From Akkermansiaceae bacterium (lineage in GTDB: Bacteria > Verrucomicrobiota > Verrucomicrobiia > Verrucomicrobiales > Akkermansiaceae), in assembly GCA_051251915.1 (NCBI GenBank), contig JBPOGF010000019.1, positions 1-64,000 on the forward strand: a stretch of 64,000 nt of DNA, given 5' to 3'. Below, in pieces: positions 42,618 through 51,530 of the stretch; position 1 is the stretch's first letter; each line of letters starts with the position of its first letter. A model generated the notes under the pieces. The model saw only the letters and a list, made by a program, of their open reading frames with translations. It made no database searches and had not been told where the DNA came from. Made by a program: the position numbers and the translations under genes.

Positions 42618-44720
42618 TTATTTTTTCCAGATGGGATGAATTTCTAAGAATTGGGTGAATTCACCGCGCTTGACGAAGAGAACGACGTAATCTTGCTGTT
42701 CTTTTTCGACAAGTTCTAGTTCTTTTTCTATCATCGCGAGGTCGGTGACTTCTTTATTGTTGATGGAGAGGATGACATCGCCAGCGTGGAGTCCTGCGAG
42801 TGATGCCCAACCTGCGGTTTCTACGGCTTGGACGAAGATGCCTTTTTGGTGCTCGGCTTCTTTGGCGTCGGCTTTTGATAGTTCGCGGAGTGTGATCTCT
42901 AGCACGTGGTTGACTACTTTGTCGAATTCTTTAGCTGGTTTTGGTGTGGGTTCGAGTTCGCATTTTATTTCGATTACTTTTTTGTCTCGGTAGATCTCGA
43001 AGCTGACGGTCTCATCGGCGGGGTATTCGCGGATCATGGAGTTGAAGATATTGGCATCGCGCTCGCGCTCTACTGGGATGACGGCTCCATCTAGTTTGAG
43101 GATGATGTCGCCTTGCATGATGCCGGCTTTGTGGGCGTTAGATTGTGGGATGACTTGGGTGACGCGGACGCCTTTTTTACCAGCAAGGTTTAAGATAGTG
43201 GCGAGTTCGCGGGTTAGGACCTGGGTGTCGATGCCTACCCAGGCTTTCTGAGCGGCGGTGGATTGCGAGGTGCTGGGTTGCTTGTTGATGTCTACTACGG
43301 TGGCTAGAAATTGGTTATCGCGTTCAAATTCTACCATTGCTTTTGCCTGTGACTGGCCATCTGGGGTGAGGTTAGAGGTAAGTTTTTGGAGTTGGGCGAG
43401 ATCTTTGATGGACTCGCCATTGACTTTGAGTATGAGGTCGCCGGGGGCGATGGCTGGTTTTGCGGCGGCTGATGGTCCGGTTTTGCTTACGGATGATACG
43501 AGCACGCCATCGGTTTTGCTGCGAGTTTTGCTTTCTTTGCGGTTGAGTGCGCTGCGGGGAGTGAGGTCTCTGGCTGTGACGCCCCACTCGCGGATGGCGA
43601 TGTCTTCACTGAGTGCCTTGGAGCGTTCGATGGTGGTGAGTTTGGTGGTGGATTCTTTTCCGTCACGGATGAATTTGATGCTGACTTCTTTTCCGACTGC
43701 TGTGCCTAGTTCGACTTTGTTGTAGAGTGGTAGATGTTCTGGGGCGGTGGCGGTGATTGGGATGCCATCGAACTCGGTGATGATGTCGCCAGGTTTGAGT
43801 CCGGCGGTTTCAGCTGGAGATTTTTCTAGGACAGTGGCTACTAGGACGCCGGATTGCTGGTCGCCAGAGATGAGGATGGGTTGAGGGAATATGCCTGTCC
43901 ATGAGCGGCGAACGGTGCCGTTTTTGATGAGTTCGCTGGAGACGTATTTGGCGATGTCTGCGGGGATGGCGCCACCGAGTGAGCCGAGGCCTATTTCGTT
44001 GATGCCGATGATTTCGCCTTTAAGGTTCACGAGTGGTCCGCCGCTGTTGCCGAAGTAGATGACGGCATCATGGCCGATCCAGCGGACGAGGTCGCCTACG
44101 CGTTCACCAGCTTGCCTAGAGCCTCCACCGTTACCGGGGATGATCATTTCTAAGTTAGCAACAACGCCGAGGGTGACGGACTGGGATACACCTGCGGGGG
44201 AGCCCATGGCGAGGACTGAGTCGCCTACGTTGAGGGTTTGGAAGTCTCCGAATTTTGCGACGTTGAGTGGCTTTAGGGAGTCTGGGATTTGGTCGAGATT
44301 GAGCTTGAGGATGCAGAGGTCCGTTTGTGGGTCAGTGCCTATGAGGGTGGCGTCTACTTTGAGTTTATTTGAGAGGCGGACCCAGATGCGGGTGCCTTCT
44401 CCGGCGACGTGATGGTTGGTGAGGACGTAGCCTTCTGGGTGGATGATGGTGCCTGAACCGGTGCTGCCGGTTTTGAGCATTCTTCCATCTTTGGGTTCCT
44501 CGCTGACTACGTGGATGCGGACGAGTGCTGGGTATACTTTGGCGATGGCGGCGTCTATTTTTGCTTGGTCTGCACTGCTGTTGACACGGATTTTTGTTTC
44601 GGTTGTAGGTGTGTTAATGTCTATGATTTTTGCCATCGGGTTTTGCTGGGCAAATGTTGGGAGAGTGATGGATCCGAGAGCTAGACTGGTGAGGAGGGGT
44701 TTGAGTGCGGGGTATTTCAT
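42618..44720 (-). CDS. HtrA/DegP-like serine protease with multiple PDZ domains
   Basis: GSGTII, LTNHHV (His), TDLCIL (Asp), GNSGGPL (Ser); four PDZ-like units. Confidence 0.92.
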   Translation of the reverse strand: MKYPALKPLLTSLALGSITLPTFAQQNPMAKIIDINTPTTETKIRVNSSADQAKIDAAIAKVYPALVRIHVVSEEPKDGRMLKTGSTGSGTIIHPEGYVLTNHHVAGEGTRIWVRLSNKLKVDATLIGTDPQTDLCILKLNLDQIPDSLKPLNVAKFGDFQTLNVGDSVLAMGSPAGVSQSVTLGVVANLEMIIPGNGGGSRQAGERVGDLVRWIGHDAVIYFGNSGGPLVNLKGEIIGINEIGLGSLGGAIPADIAKYVSSELIKNGTVRRSWTGIFPQPILISGDQQSGVLVATVLEKSPAETAGLKPGDIITEFDGIPITATAPEHLPLYNKVELGTAVGKEVSIKFIRDGKESTTKLTTIERSKALSEDIAIREWGVTARDLTPRSALNRKESKTRSKTDGVLVSSVSKTGPSAAAKPAIAPGDLILKVNGESIKDLAQLQKLTSNLTPDGQSQAKAMVEFERDNQFLATVVDINKQPSTSQSTAAQKAWVGIDTQVLTRELATILNLAGKKGVRVTQVIPQSNAHKAGIMQGDIILKLDGAVIPVERERDANIFNSMIREYPADETVSFEIYRDKKVIEIKCELEPTPKPAKEFDKVVNHVLEITLRELSKADAKEAEHQKGIFVQAVETAGWASLAGLHAGDVILSINNKEVTDLAMIEKELELVEKEQQDYVVLFVKRGEFTQFLEIHPIWKK

Positions 44721-44781
44721 ATGAAATTGATAGGGGGTGATTGGTTACATACTTAGCGGGGCGGGGGGATGAAATTGTCTC

Positions 44782-44819
44782 AAAAAGAACACCCCGAGTC
44801 GGTATCGACACGGGGTGTT
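44782..44819 (-). terminator. Intrinsic terminator
   Basis: aacaccccg-agtcggtatcgaca-cggggtgtt with a U-tract on the minus strand. Confidence 0.75.
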
Positions 44820-44872
44820 GGTTAGGTTGTGTGATTTCTTGAGAAGCAAGACGTAGCACTAGAGGTAAGTTT

Positions 44873-45757
44873 TTACTTTTCTCTGGTGAGAGCAAGTTCA
44901 GCGAGTTTTTTGGCTTGAGCTGTGATCTCTTTTACTTTGGCTTCTGATGGTTCTTCGTCTGGGCCTAGAGTCATGACAATTTTGAGGCCGGAACAAATCT
45001 CTCTGATTGCAACGAAGGTTGGTTTTGCTGAAATGCGGGGTTCGAGCCCTCCGATGGAGCCTTCATAGTAGTCGGCAATGTCTTCTCTGAAGAGCTGGTT
45101 AGCGCGCTCCTCGGTGAATTCTTTGTTTACGGCGGCTGAGGCGCATTCGAGTGCGCGAATCCATCCGCCTAGAGAGATGAGGTGGGCGAGGTCAGCGTCC
45201 TTTAGCTGAACGAGTTCTTTTTCGACGTCTTTCTGGGTGGCTGAGAGCTCGGTTTTAAGCGCCTCGATGTTCTTTTTCTTGGCGTTTTCTAGGAGTGACT
45301 TGGCGTGACGGTTTACACGATCACCTGCGCCGAGTGCGCGGCCGTATTTAGAGAGTTCCTTGGCGATGGGCTCGATGTCCTCGATGAATCCGTGCTGAAC
45401 TGCTAAGAAGCCATCCGCGATGAGGAAGCCAATTTCTAGGGCTAGGTCTGTGCGGCTGAGGGGCATGCGTGCAGGTAGAGCGTGCTGGGTTTCTCTGACT
45501 GGCATTGGGGTGAGCTGATCAAGGTCATCAAAGATGAGGCGGATTGAGGGAGCTGTGAATTCGTTGATTCCGAGTTCTTCGCGAACGTGTGGGTCTTCGA
45601 TGAGGTCTTTAGGGATTTCTGCGACTTCATTATCTTCTACCACAACCTCTGGAGCTGGTTTAGCTGGGGCTTCTGCTTGCTGCGCCATGAGGGTGCTAGG
45701 TAAGCTGAGAATAGCGAGAACTGATGCTGATAAACTAGTGATAGATGGACTTTTCAT
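44873..45757 (-). CDS. Exported alpha-helical hypothetical protein
   Basis: Signal peptide from ATG 45757; HVREELGINEFTAPSI, LISLGGWIR. Confidence 0.75.
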   Translation of the reverse strand: MKSPSITSLSASVLAILSLPSTLMAQQAEAPAKPAPEVVVEDNEVAEIPKDLIEDPHVREELGINEFTAPSIRLIFDDLDQLTPMPVRETQHALPARMPLSRTDLALEIGFLIADGFLAVQHGFIEDIEPIAKELSKYGRALGAGDRVNRHAKSLLENAKKKNIEALKTELSATQKDVEKELVQLKDADLAHLISLGGWIRALECASAAVNKEFTEERANQLFREDIADYYEGSIGGLEPRISAKPTFVAIREICSGLKIVMTLGPDEEPSEAKVKEITAQAKKLAELALTREK

Positions 45758-45802
45758 TGTACATAATAGAGCATAGAAACTACTATTTGGCAATGATAGA
45801 AT

Positions 45803-46921
45803 CTATTTGTTGAGGTAGCATCTGGTGACGCGGCGGGTGATCCTAGTGAGGACTTCCCAGGTGATGGTGCCTGCATTGGCAGCTACTTCTGAGACGCTGA
45901 TTTGCTTGCCGAATAGTTCGACTTCATCGCCTGATTTTGCTTCTGGGAGGGCGCTGACGTCTACCATGATTTGGTCCATGGTTACTCTGCCTATGATGGG
46001 ACAACGTACGCCGCGGATCATGACAGTGGCATTTTTGCCAGAGAGTGAGCGAGGGTAACCATCGCCGTAGCCGGCTCCTACAGTGGCGACGCGAGTTGGT
46101 TTCTCTAAGAGAACTGATCTGCCGTAGGATACACCGTGTCCAGCGGGTAGTTCGCGGATGAGGGTAATTTTTGACTTGAGGGTTAATACTGGCTTGAGCT
46201 GGTTCTGGAATTTTTCTATGGGAGAAATTCCGTAGAGCATGAGGCCTGGACGACAGAGATTACAGAGTGATGATTTGTAATCTAGGATTCCTGCAGAGTT
46301 TGCGAGGTGGATGTATTTAAAGGGGTGATTGCAGTTTTCTACGATGCTGCTGAAGGTGTCGAACTGGGAGAGAGTGAACTCACGGTCCTCGTCTGCGGAG
46401 GGGAGATGGGAGCCGATGCCATCAATGCTGATGTGTTTGAGCTTTAAAATTTCTACCAGAGCTGAGTTGAGGCTGGTGGGGAGGAATCCACCTCTGCCCA
46501 TGCCGGTGTCGACGGTGATGTGGACGGAGAGTGGTGGGTTGCCGGTGGAGCTGTTGAGCAGGTCGAAGTGTTCGGCTTCTTGGATGTTAGAGACTGATGG
46601 AATCCAGCGCTGGGCGACTATTTCTGCACGTTCATCTGCTAAGGTGGGGCCTAGCAGGTAGATGGGAGTTTTAATTCCTGTGCTGGTAAGTCGGCGAGCT
46701 TCTATGACGCTTGCTACTCCAAAAAATGCGATATTTTCTTGTTCTAGAGCTTTGGCTATTTCCTTACTGCCGTGTCCGTATGCAGCGGCTTTGAGGACAG
46801 CCATTACGGACTGTCCTGATGTCTCACGAGCTACACTGAGATTATGCTTCAGGGCAGACAGATCTATTTCTGCCCATGTTCTAGGAGGGGAGCTGGCAGG
46901 AGGCGTTAGCGGCGCAGGCAT
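45803..46921 (-). CDS. alr: Alanine racemase
   Basis: WAEIDL, AVLKAAAYGHG (PLP Lys), VDTGMGR, GYGDGY, GRVTMDQ; ATG at 46921. Confidence 0.95.
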   Translation of the reverse strand: MPAPLTPPASSPPRTWAEIDLSALKHNLSVARETSGQSVMAVLKAAAYGHGSKEIAKALEQENIAFFGVASVIEARRLTSTGIKTPIYLLGPTLADERAEIVAQRWIPSVSNIQEAEHFDLLNSSTGNPPLSVHITVDTGMGRGGFLPTSLNSALVEILKLKHISIDGIGSHLPSADEDREFTLSQFDTFSSIVENCNHPFKYIHLANSAGILDYKSSLCNLCRPGLMLYGISPIEKFQNQLKPVLTLKSKITLIRELPAGHGVSYGRSVLLEKPTRVATVGAGYGDGYPRSLSGKNATVMIRGVRCPIIGRVTMDQIMVDVSALPEAKSGDEVELFGKQISVSEVAANAGTITWEVLTRITRRVTRCYLNK

Positions 46922-46970
46922 GAGGTTCTTAATGAGGGAAAGCGGGAGGTTTGTTAACGTTAGGGGAGCG

Positions 46971-47948
46971 TTAATCCTCTCTATAAGTGGTCGGGTTCTT
47001 GGTGCGGATGCCTTCGATGAGCCAGTTGAATAGTTTGTTGATTTCGTCTGAATCGTTGCGGATGGCATCGAGGGCGGTCCAGTCGATGTGATCGCGTTGC
47101 ACTGGGCTTGCGATACGGTTGATTTCTAGTCTTTCCATGAGAGCTTCTGTTTCTCTAGGTTGGGCATTGAGGATCTCGGCTGGGCGAGGGAGGTCATCGA
47201 GTTGGGTGGAGCTGAGTCCGAAACTTGTGACACCGACACCAAACTTGGCGTTGAGTCTGCGGTAGGCCTCTGCGAGCGCTTCGTCTTCGATAGGTCCGGC
47301 GTAGAAGATCTCGCCAGCATTGGCCCACTCTGATGAGCTTAGGGCTTGGAAGAAATCTTCACGGAATGAGTGGATGCCGGCTTGGATGTAGAGGCGAGAT
47401 GCGCTGAGGCGGAATGCTGGCAGTTGGAGTGTGCTTTTGAGTTGGAAGAGTGGATCTACTTCAAACTGGTCCATGCCGCCTTCCCAGTCGACGAGAACCA
47501 TTTCGGGGAATTTCCAGAGGTTGCCGATGGGGGCATTTTCTTGGAATGGTTCTCTGAAGATGAATGGCTGCTTACCATTGACTTCGGCCCAGCGATGTAC
47601 GACCGCGCGGAATTTTTTCACACGCATTAGTGCTATGTCGATGACTTCTTTGTTGGCGCCGAAGTCTTCTAGGCGACCTTGAGATAGGGATAGGATTTCC
47701 TTGGCGCTTGAAAGCACAGGAACTGGAGCTGTGCGTCTATAGTAACCTTGTCCTTTCTCCACCTTGGCGATAGGGGAGCCTGGGTCGCATGACATGATTG
47801 AGAAATGGTACCGTAGTGAGGCGTCTGAGTAGTTCCCCTCGATCCTTAGTCTGATGAGGCGGATGAGTTCAGTTCCTTTGATTGCATCCTTGGGGTTCGC
47901 TGGTAGAATGTCTGGTAGTGATGCATTAAGTTGTTTTCTGAGGCTCAT
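46971..47948 (-). CDS. HrgA/COG2958-like protein (N-terminal wHTH-like plus restriction-endonuclease-like domain)
   Basis: WKFPEMVLV, FREDFFQALSSSEWANAG, RRLNAKFGVGV, IDW resemble HrgA-family motifs. Confidence 0.65.
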   Translation of the reverse strand: MSLRKQLNASLPDILPANPKDAIKGTELIRLIRLRIEGNYSDASLRYHFSIMSCDPGSPIAKVEKGQGYYRRTAPVPVLSSAKEILSLSQGRLEDFGANKEVIDIALMRVKKFRAVVHRWAEVNGKQPFIFREPFQENAPIGNLWKFPEMVLVDWEGGMDQFEVDPLFQLKSTLQLPAFRLSASRLYIQAGIHSFREDFFQALSSSEWANAGEIFYAGPIEDEALAEAYRRLNAKFGVGVTSFGLSSTQLDDLPRPAEILNAQPRETEALMERLEINRIASPVQRDHIDWTALDAIRNDSDEINKLFNWLIEGIRTKNPTTYRED

Positions 47949-48305
47949 AGGATAAATGTGATGGCGGTTGTACGTCGTTAATCTTAAAAAAAATTATTGG
48001 TTATAAAATCCTCTAACAGCAAGCTTGAAGTGATGATTTATAAGAAATATAACTTTAGTTTTTGATGAGAATAAAGGTTCCTAAACTAACCTTTTTATGA
48101 ATGTGAATAAGTAGGTCTAAAAGCTTGGGGCAATACTAAAAAAATTAACAAAACTAAGTTGTTAACTTTGCTTAATTAGTTGAAGTTGGTTTTTCTGATT
48201 GAGAAACTATTTAAATAATTAATGCGGCATTTTAAAATACTGTGGACTGAAAATGGTATGGATTTTGTGGGAGGGTGGAGCTGTAAAGGGATGTTTTTTA
48301 TACGA

Positions 48306-49814
48306 TTATTTGAGCTGAATCTTAAAGCCGATCACTGGTGACTTTGGCATGGTTTTGGGTAGGTCAATGATTAAGCTAGAGGAAGACTGCTTCCAAGTGA
48401 TGTTTTCAGTGCTGCCTAGTAGTTGGATAGTAGCGATTTCTTTTTCGAGGAGACCTGCTGTGGCGAGAGTTTTGATTTCGATGTCTCTGGTAGGTGATCC
48501 TAGGATGAAGGCGTAGAGGTTGGAGTCTTTTTGGGTGAAGCGAATGTCTTGTTGTGAAAAGGGTTTGTTGTTCTCTCCTTGGCGTCCTTCTTTCATTTGG
48601 ATAGGGCCTTCGCCGAAGCTTTTCCATGGGCGGGTTCCGTAGATGCCTTCGCCGTTAGTTTTTAGAAACTCTCCGAAGGCGGTGATGTATGCGGCTTGGT
48701 TCTCGGGTAGGGTTCCATCGCCACGGAGGGCGACATTGAGCATTACGGTGCCGTTTTTGCTGATGGCATCTACGGCGTTGCCAATCATGACTGGGATGGT
48801 CATGCGGTTGGTTGCGCCTTTGCGATAGAACCATCCGCCTGAGAGGTCGGTCGCCCACATCCAGGGCTCGGGTTTGATCTCTGCGGCGCTACCACGTTCG
48901 CAGTTGTAGGTGAATGAGCTGCGGTCTACGTTGCCGTTTTTGAAGGATAGGACCGTTGTTTGTTTGCCGTTGTTTTCTTTGAGGTCTCGATTAATGAAAT
49001 CTGAAAATAATTTTACGCCGAGGCCTTTTCCTGAGCCTATTTTGGGATAGGGGGCATCGTTGTTGAACATGTCAGGGTCGTATTTTTCGATGATTTCCCA
49101 GCAGCGAGCATACCAGTGTTGGTTCCAGCTATCTTGTTTTGAGTAGTGTTTAGGATCGTAATCCATGCTGAAAAGTTTGGACTCTAGTGTGCCTGGTTTC
49201 TGGTGTTGGCGTGCGTTGTGGAAGAAGGCTGGTGACCAGTAGAGGTGGGTAGATACGCCGAATTTTAGCCCATGTTTTTGTGCTGCATTTTTCCATTCTA
49301 GGAGGGTGTCGCGTTTTGGTCCCATTTTTACTGAGTTCCACGGGTGGGAGGAGTCGTACATGTCGAAGTTGTCGTGGTGGGTAGCTACTGGCATGATGAA
49401 TCGGGCACCGTTGGCTTTGAAAAATTTTACGAGACCTTCTGGATCCCATTTCTCGCCTTTAAATAGGGGGACTAGATCCTCATAGCCGAATTCGGAGGGT
49501 GGGCCGTATCGTTTGGTGTGGAATGCGGTGAGTGCTTGGGTCATTTCTAGCTGCTTGCCTTGTTCTTTGTCATTTGGGCCATACATTCGGCGACCGTAGT
49601 GTGAGCCGTCTTTAGGCCGATTTTCATCAATGGATGAGGGGATTCCCCAGTGGGTCCAGACTCCGATTTTGCCGTCTTGAAACCATTCTGGTGCTTTGTA
49701 GTTCTGCGCCATGGACTCCCATGTGGGCTTTATTTCATCTGCTGAGATGACTAGATTAGTTGAGGTTGCTAGAGCGATGGATGTGGCGATAATTGCTGAG
49801 ATGTTTTTTCTCAT
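48306..49814 (-). CDS. Alpha-L-fucosidase (GH29)
   Basis: PTWES, PEWFQDGKIGVWTHWG, HHDNFDMYDS, SKNGTVMLNV, EGIYGTRPW. Confidence 0.92.
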   Translation of the reverse strand: MRKNISAIIATSIALATSTNLVISADEIKPTWESMAQNYKAPEWFQDGKIGVWTHWGIPSSIDENRPKDGSHYGRRMYGPNDKEQGKQLEMTQALTAFHTKRYGPPSEFGYEDLVPLFKGEKWDPEGLVKFFKANGARFIMPVATHHDNFDMYDSSHPWNSVKMGPKRDTLLEWKNAAQKHGLKFGVSTHLYWSPAFFHNARQHQKPGTLESKLFSMDYDPKHYSKQDSWNQHWYARCWEIIEKYDPDMFNNDAPYPKIGSGKGLGVKLFSDFINRDLKENNGKQTTVLSFKNGNVDRSSFTYNCERGSAAEIKPEPWMWATDLSGGWFYRKGATNRMTIPVMIGNAVDAISKNGTVMLNVALRGDGTLPENQAAYITAFGEFLKTNGEGIYGTRPWKSFGEGPIQMKEGRQGENNKPFSQQDIRFTQKDSNLYAFILGSPTRDIEIKTLATAGLLEKEIATIQLLGSTENITWKQSSSSLIIDLPKTMPKSPVIGFKIQLK

Positions 49815-50067
49815 TGGTATAGGGTGTTGGGGTTATTTAGCTGCGTTCACGTTGAGCTTTTTGAGGAGTTCTAGGCTTGTGGTCATGTGGGAGTTAAAGA
49901 TTCCGCGATCTTAGCCTTTGAATGGAAATGGTTTCGTGTTTTGTGTTTCGCAGAATCTTGATAAGTTAGCTATAGAGAGTCATAACGAAAGTAGAAAAAT
50001 GGATGAGTGGAGGGTAGTTCGTTAAATAAACTTTGAAATCAGATGCTGGTTAGAGTAAAAGTAATTC

Positions 50068-50295
50068 ATGAAGATTGAGATCGAGTATTGCCAGATGTGA
50101 AATTATGAACCGAAAGCGGCTAGTTTAGCTGCTGAGCTTAAGAAATCATACGGTATGGACTCAACACTCATTCCTGGTAGTGGAGGAGTTTTTATTGTTA
50201 CTGTGGATGGGAGCATTGTTTATAATAAGAAGGAGACAGGGAGGTTTCCGGAGGAAGGTGAGGTTGTTGGGTTGATAGATTCTGGGATCTCTTAA
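50068..50295 (+). CDS. Rdx/SelW-family selenoprotein (CxxU; UGA at 50098-50100 read as Sec)
   Basis: Hand translation MKIEIEYCQM-U-NYEPKAASLAAELKKSYGMDSTLIPGSGGVFIVTVDGSIVYNKKETGRFPEEGEVVGLIDSGIS; Rdx hallmarks IEYCxx(C/U)xY, GxGGxFxV and GRFP on both sides of the UGA. Confidence 0.88.
50115..50133 (+). promoter_or_regulatory. Candidate bacterial SECIS hairpin
   Basis: AGCGGCUA-GUU-UAGCUGCU stem-loop starting 14 nt after the UGA, with G at the loop start. Confidence 0.6.
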
Positions 50296-50524
50296 AGGAG
50301 TAGGTTTTCTTTATGCGACTACTTTAGTGGCTGGATTTGAGATTACGGAAAATGAAAGTATTTTTGAGTGAAAGCGGGGTAATTGGCTGTGGTTTAGAAT
50401 AAAAAAGCCATAAAATACTTGCATCTCCAGTCATTTTTGCTAAATGAGCCATCCCGCTTTGCGCACAGTGCGCATAAATAATCTGCGGAGCACAGTTATT
50501 AACCACGAAAAATAGAGTATCATT

Positions 50525-50899
50525 ATGGCACGTATTTTGGGAATAGAAATTCCAAACGAGAAGCGCATCGAAGCTTCTCTCCAGTATATTTACGGTATTG
50601 GGAGCACAAGAGCAGTTAAGATCTTAGATCATGCTAGTGTGAGTCCAGATATCCGTACAGGTCAACTTTCAGAAGAACAACTAGTGAAGATCGCGTCAGT
50701 GATTACTCAAGAGGAGTTCGTCATTGAAGGTGATCTTCGTCGTGAACTTCAAGGTAACTTGAAGCGTCTTCAATCCATCAACTGCTACCGTGGCCAATGT
50801 CATAAGCGTGGACTTCCTGTAAGAGGTCAGCGTACTAAGACAAATGCTCGCACACGTAAAGGTAAGAAGCGTTCAGTTTCTGCACCAGGCAAGAAGTAA
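50525..50899 (+). CDS. rpsM: 30S ribosomal protein S13
   Basis: MARILG, YIYGIG, RGLPVRGQRTKTNARTRKG. Confidence 0.97.
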   Translation: MARILGIEIPNEKRIEASLQYIYGIGSTRAVKILDHASVSPDIRTGQLSEEQLVKIASVITQEEFVIEGDLRRELQGNLKRLQSINCYRGQCHKRGLPVRGQRTKTNARTRKGKKRSVSAPGKK

Positions 50900-50924
50900 C
50901 CATTAACTAGAGATCATTAAAATA

Positions 50925-51491
50925 ATGTCTGAAGAAAATAACACAGAAGCAACTGACGCTGTTAAAGAAGAAGTCGCAGCTCCAGTTGAGGCAACTGTAG
51001 AAGCACCTAAGGAAGAGAAGAAAGCTGAGGAAACTCCAGCTACTGAAACTCCTAAGAAGGATGAGAAGAAGAAAGACATCTTCGCTGAGATCGCCGGTGG
51101 CGAAGAAGAAGTTGTAAAAATTCACAAAGCAAAAGGCAGCAAGAACGTTAGCACAGGAATCGTGCACGTAACTGCTACTTTCAACAACACTCTCGTTAGC
51201 GTGACTGATCCAATGGGTAATTCCATCGGCTGGTCATCTGCTGGTAAGATGGGCTTCAAAGGTTCTCGTAAGAGCACCGCTTATGCAGCTCAGGTAGTAT
51301 CCCAAGACGCATGCCGTCAGGCAATGTCTCACGGTCTTAAGACTGTTGAGGTGCGTGTAAAGGGACCTGGCGCAGGTCGTGAGTCAGCAGTGAGAGCTGC
51401 ACAGGGACTTGGACTTGATATTTCAGCAATCAAAGACGTAACAGCTATTCCACACAATGGTTGCCGTCCTAAGAAGGCTCGTCGCGTATAA
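50925..51491 (+). CDS. rpsK: 30S ribosomal protein S11 with N-terminal extension
   Basis: [31 protein letters not shown]. Confidence 0.97.
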   Translation: MSEENNTEATDAVKEEVAAPVEATVEAPKEEKKAEETPATETPKKDEKKKDIFAEIAGGEEEVVKIHKAKGSKNVSTGIVHVTATFNNTLVSVTDPMGNSIGWSSAGKMGFKGSRKSTAYAAQVVSQDACRQAMSHGLKTVEVRVKGPGAGRESAVRAAQGLGLDISAIKDVTAIPHNGCRPKKARRV

Positions 51492-51530
51492 TTCTAACTA
51501 CCAACACTAACAACTAACAATTTTTAAATT

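Noticed and set aside
46922..47068. 49-aa N-terminal extension on alanine racemase
   Set aside because: It overlaps the upstream gene; ATG 46921 gives a normal-length Alr.
50098..50100. Genome-wide UGA reassignment (code 4 or 25) as the explanation for the in-frame TGA
   Set aside because: TGA terminates hrpA (9110-9112), acyP, pgsA and the cytochrome gene at their expected ends, and no other gene is interrupted by TGA.
50324..50506. 60-aa minus-strand ORF, or a missed rpmJ upstream of rpsM
   Set aside because: No protein-family features and no L36-like sequence seen; the region looks like the rpsM promoter and leader.
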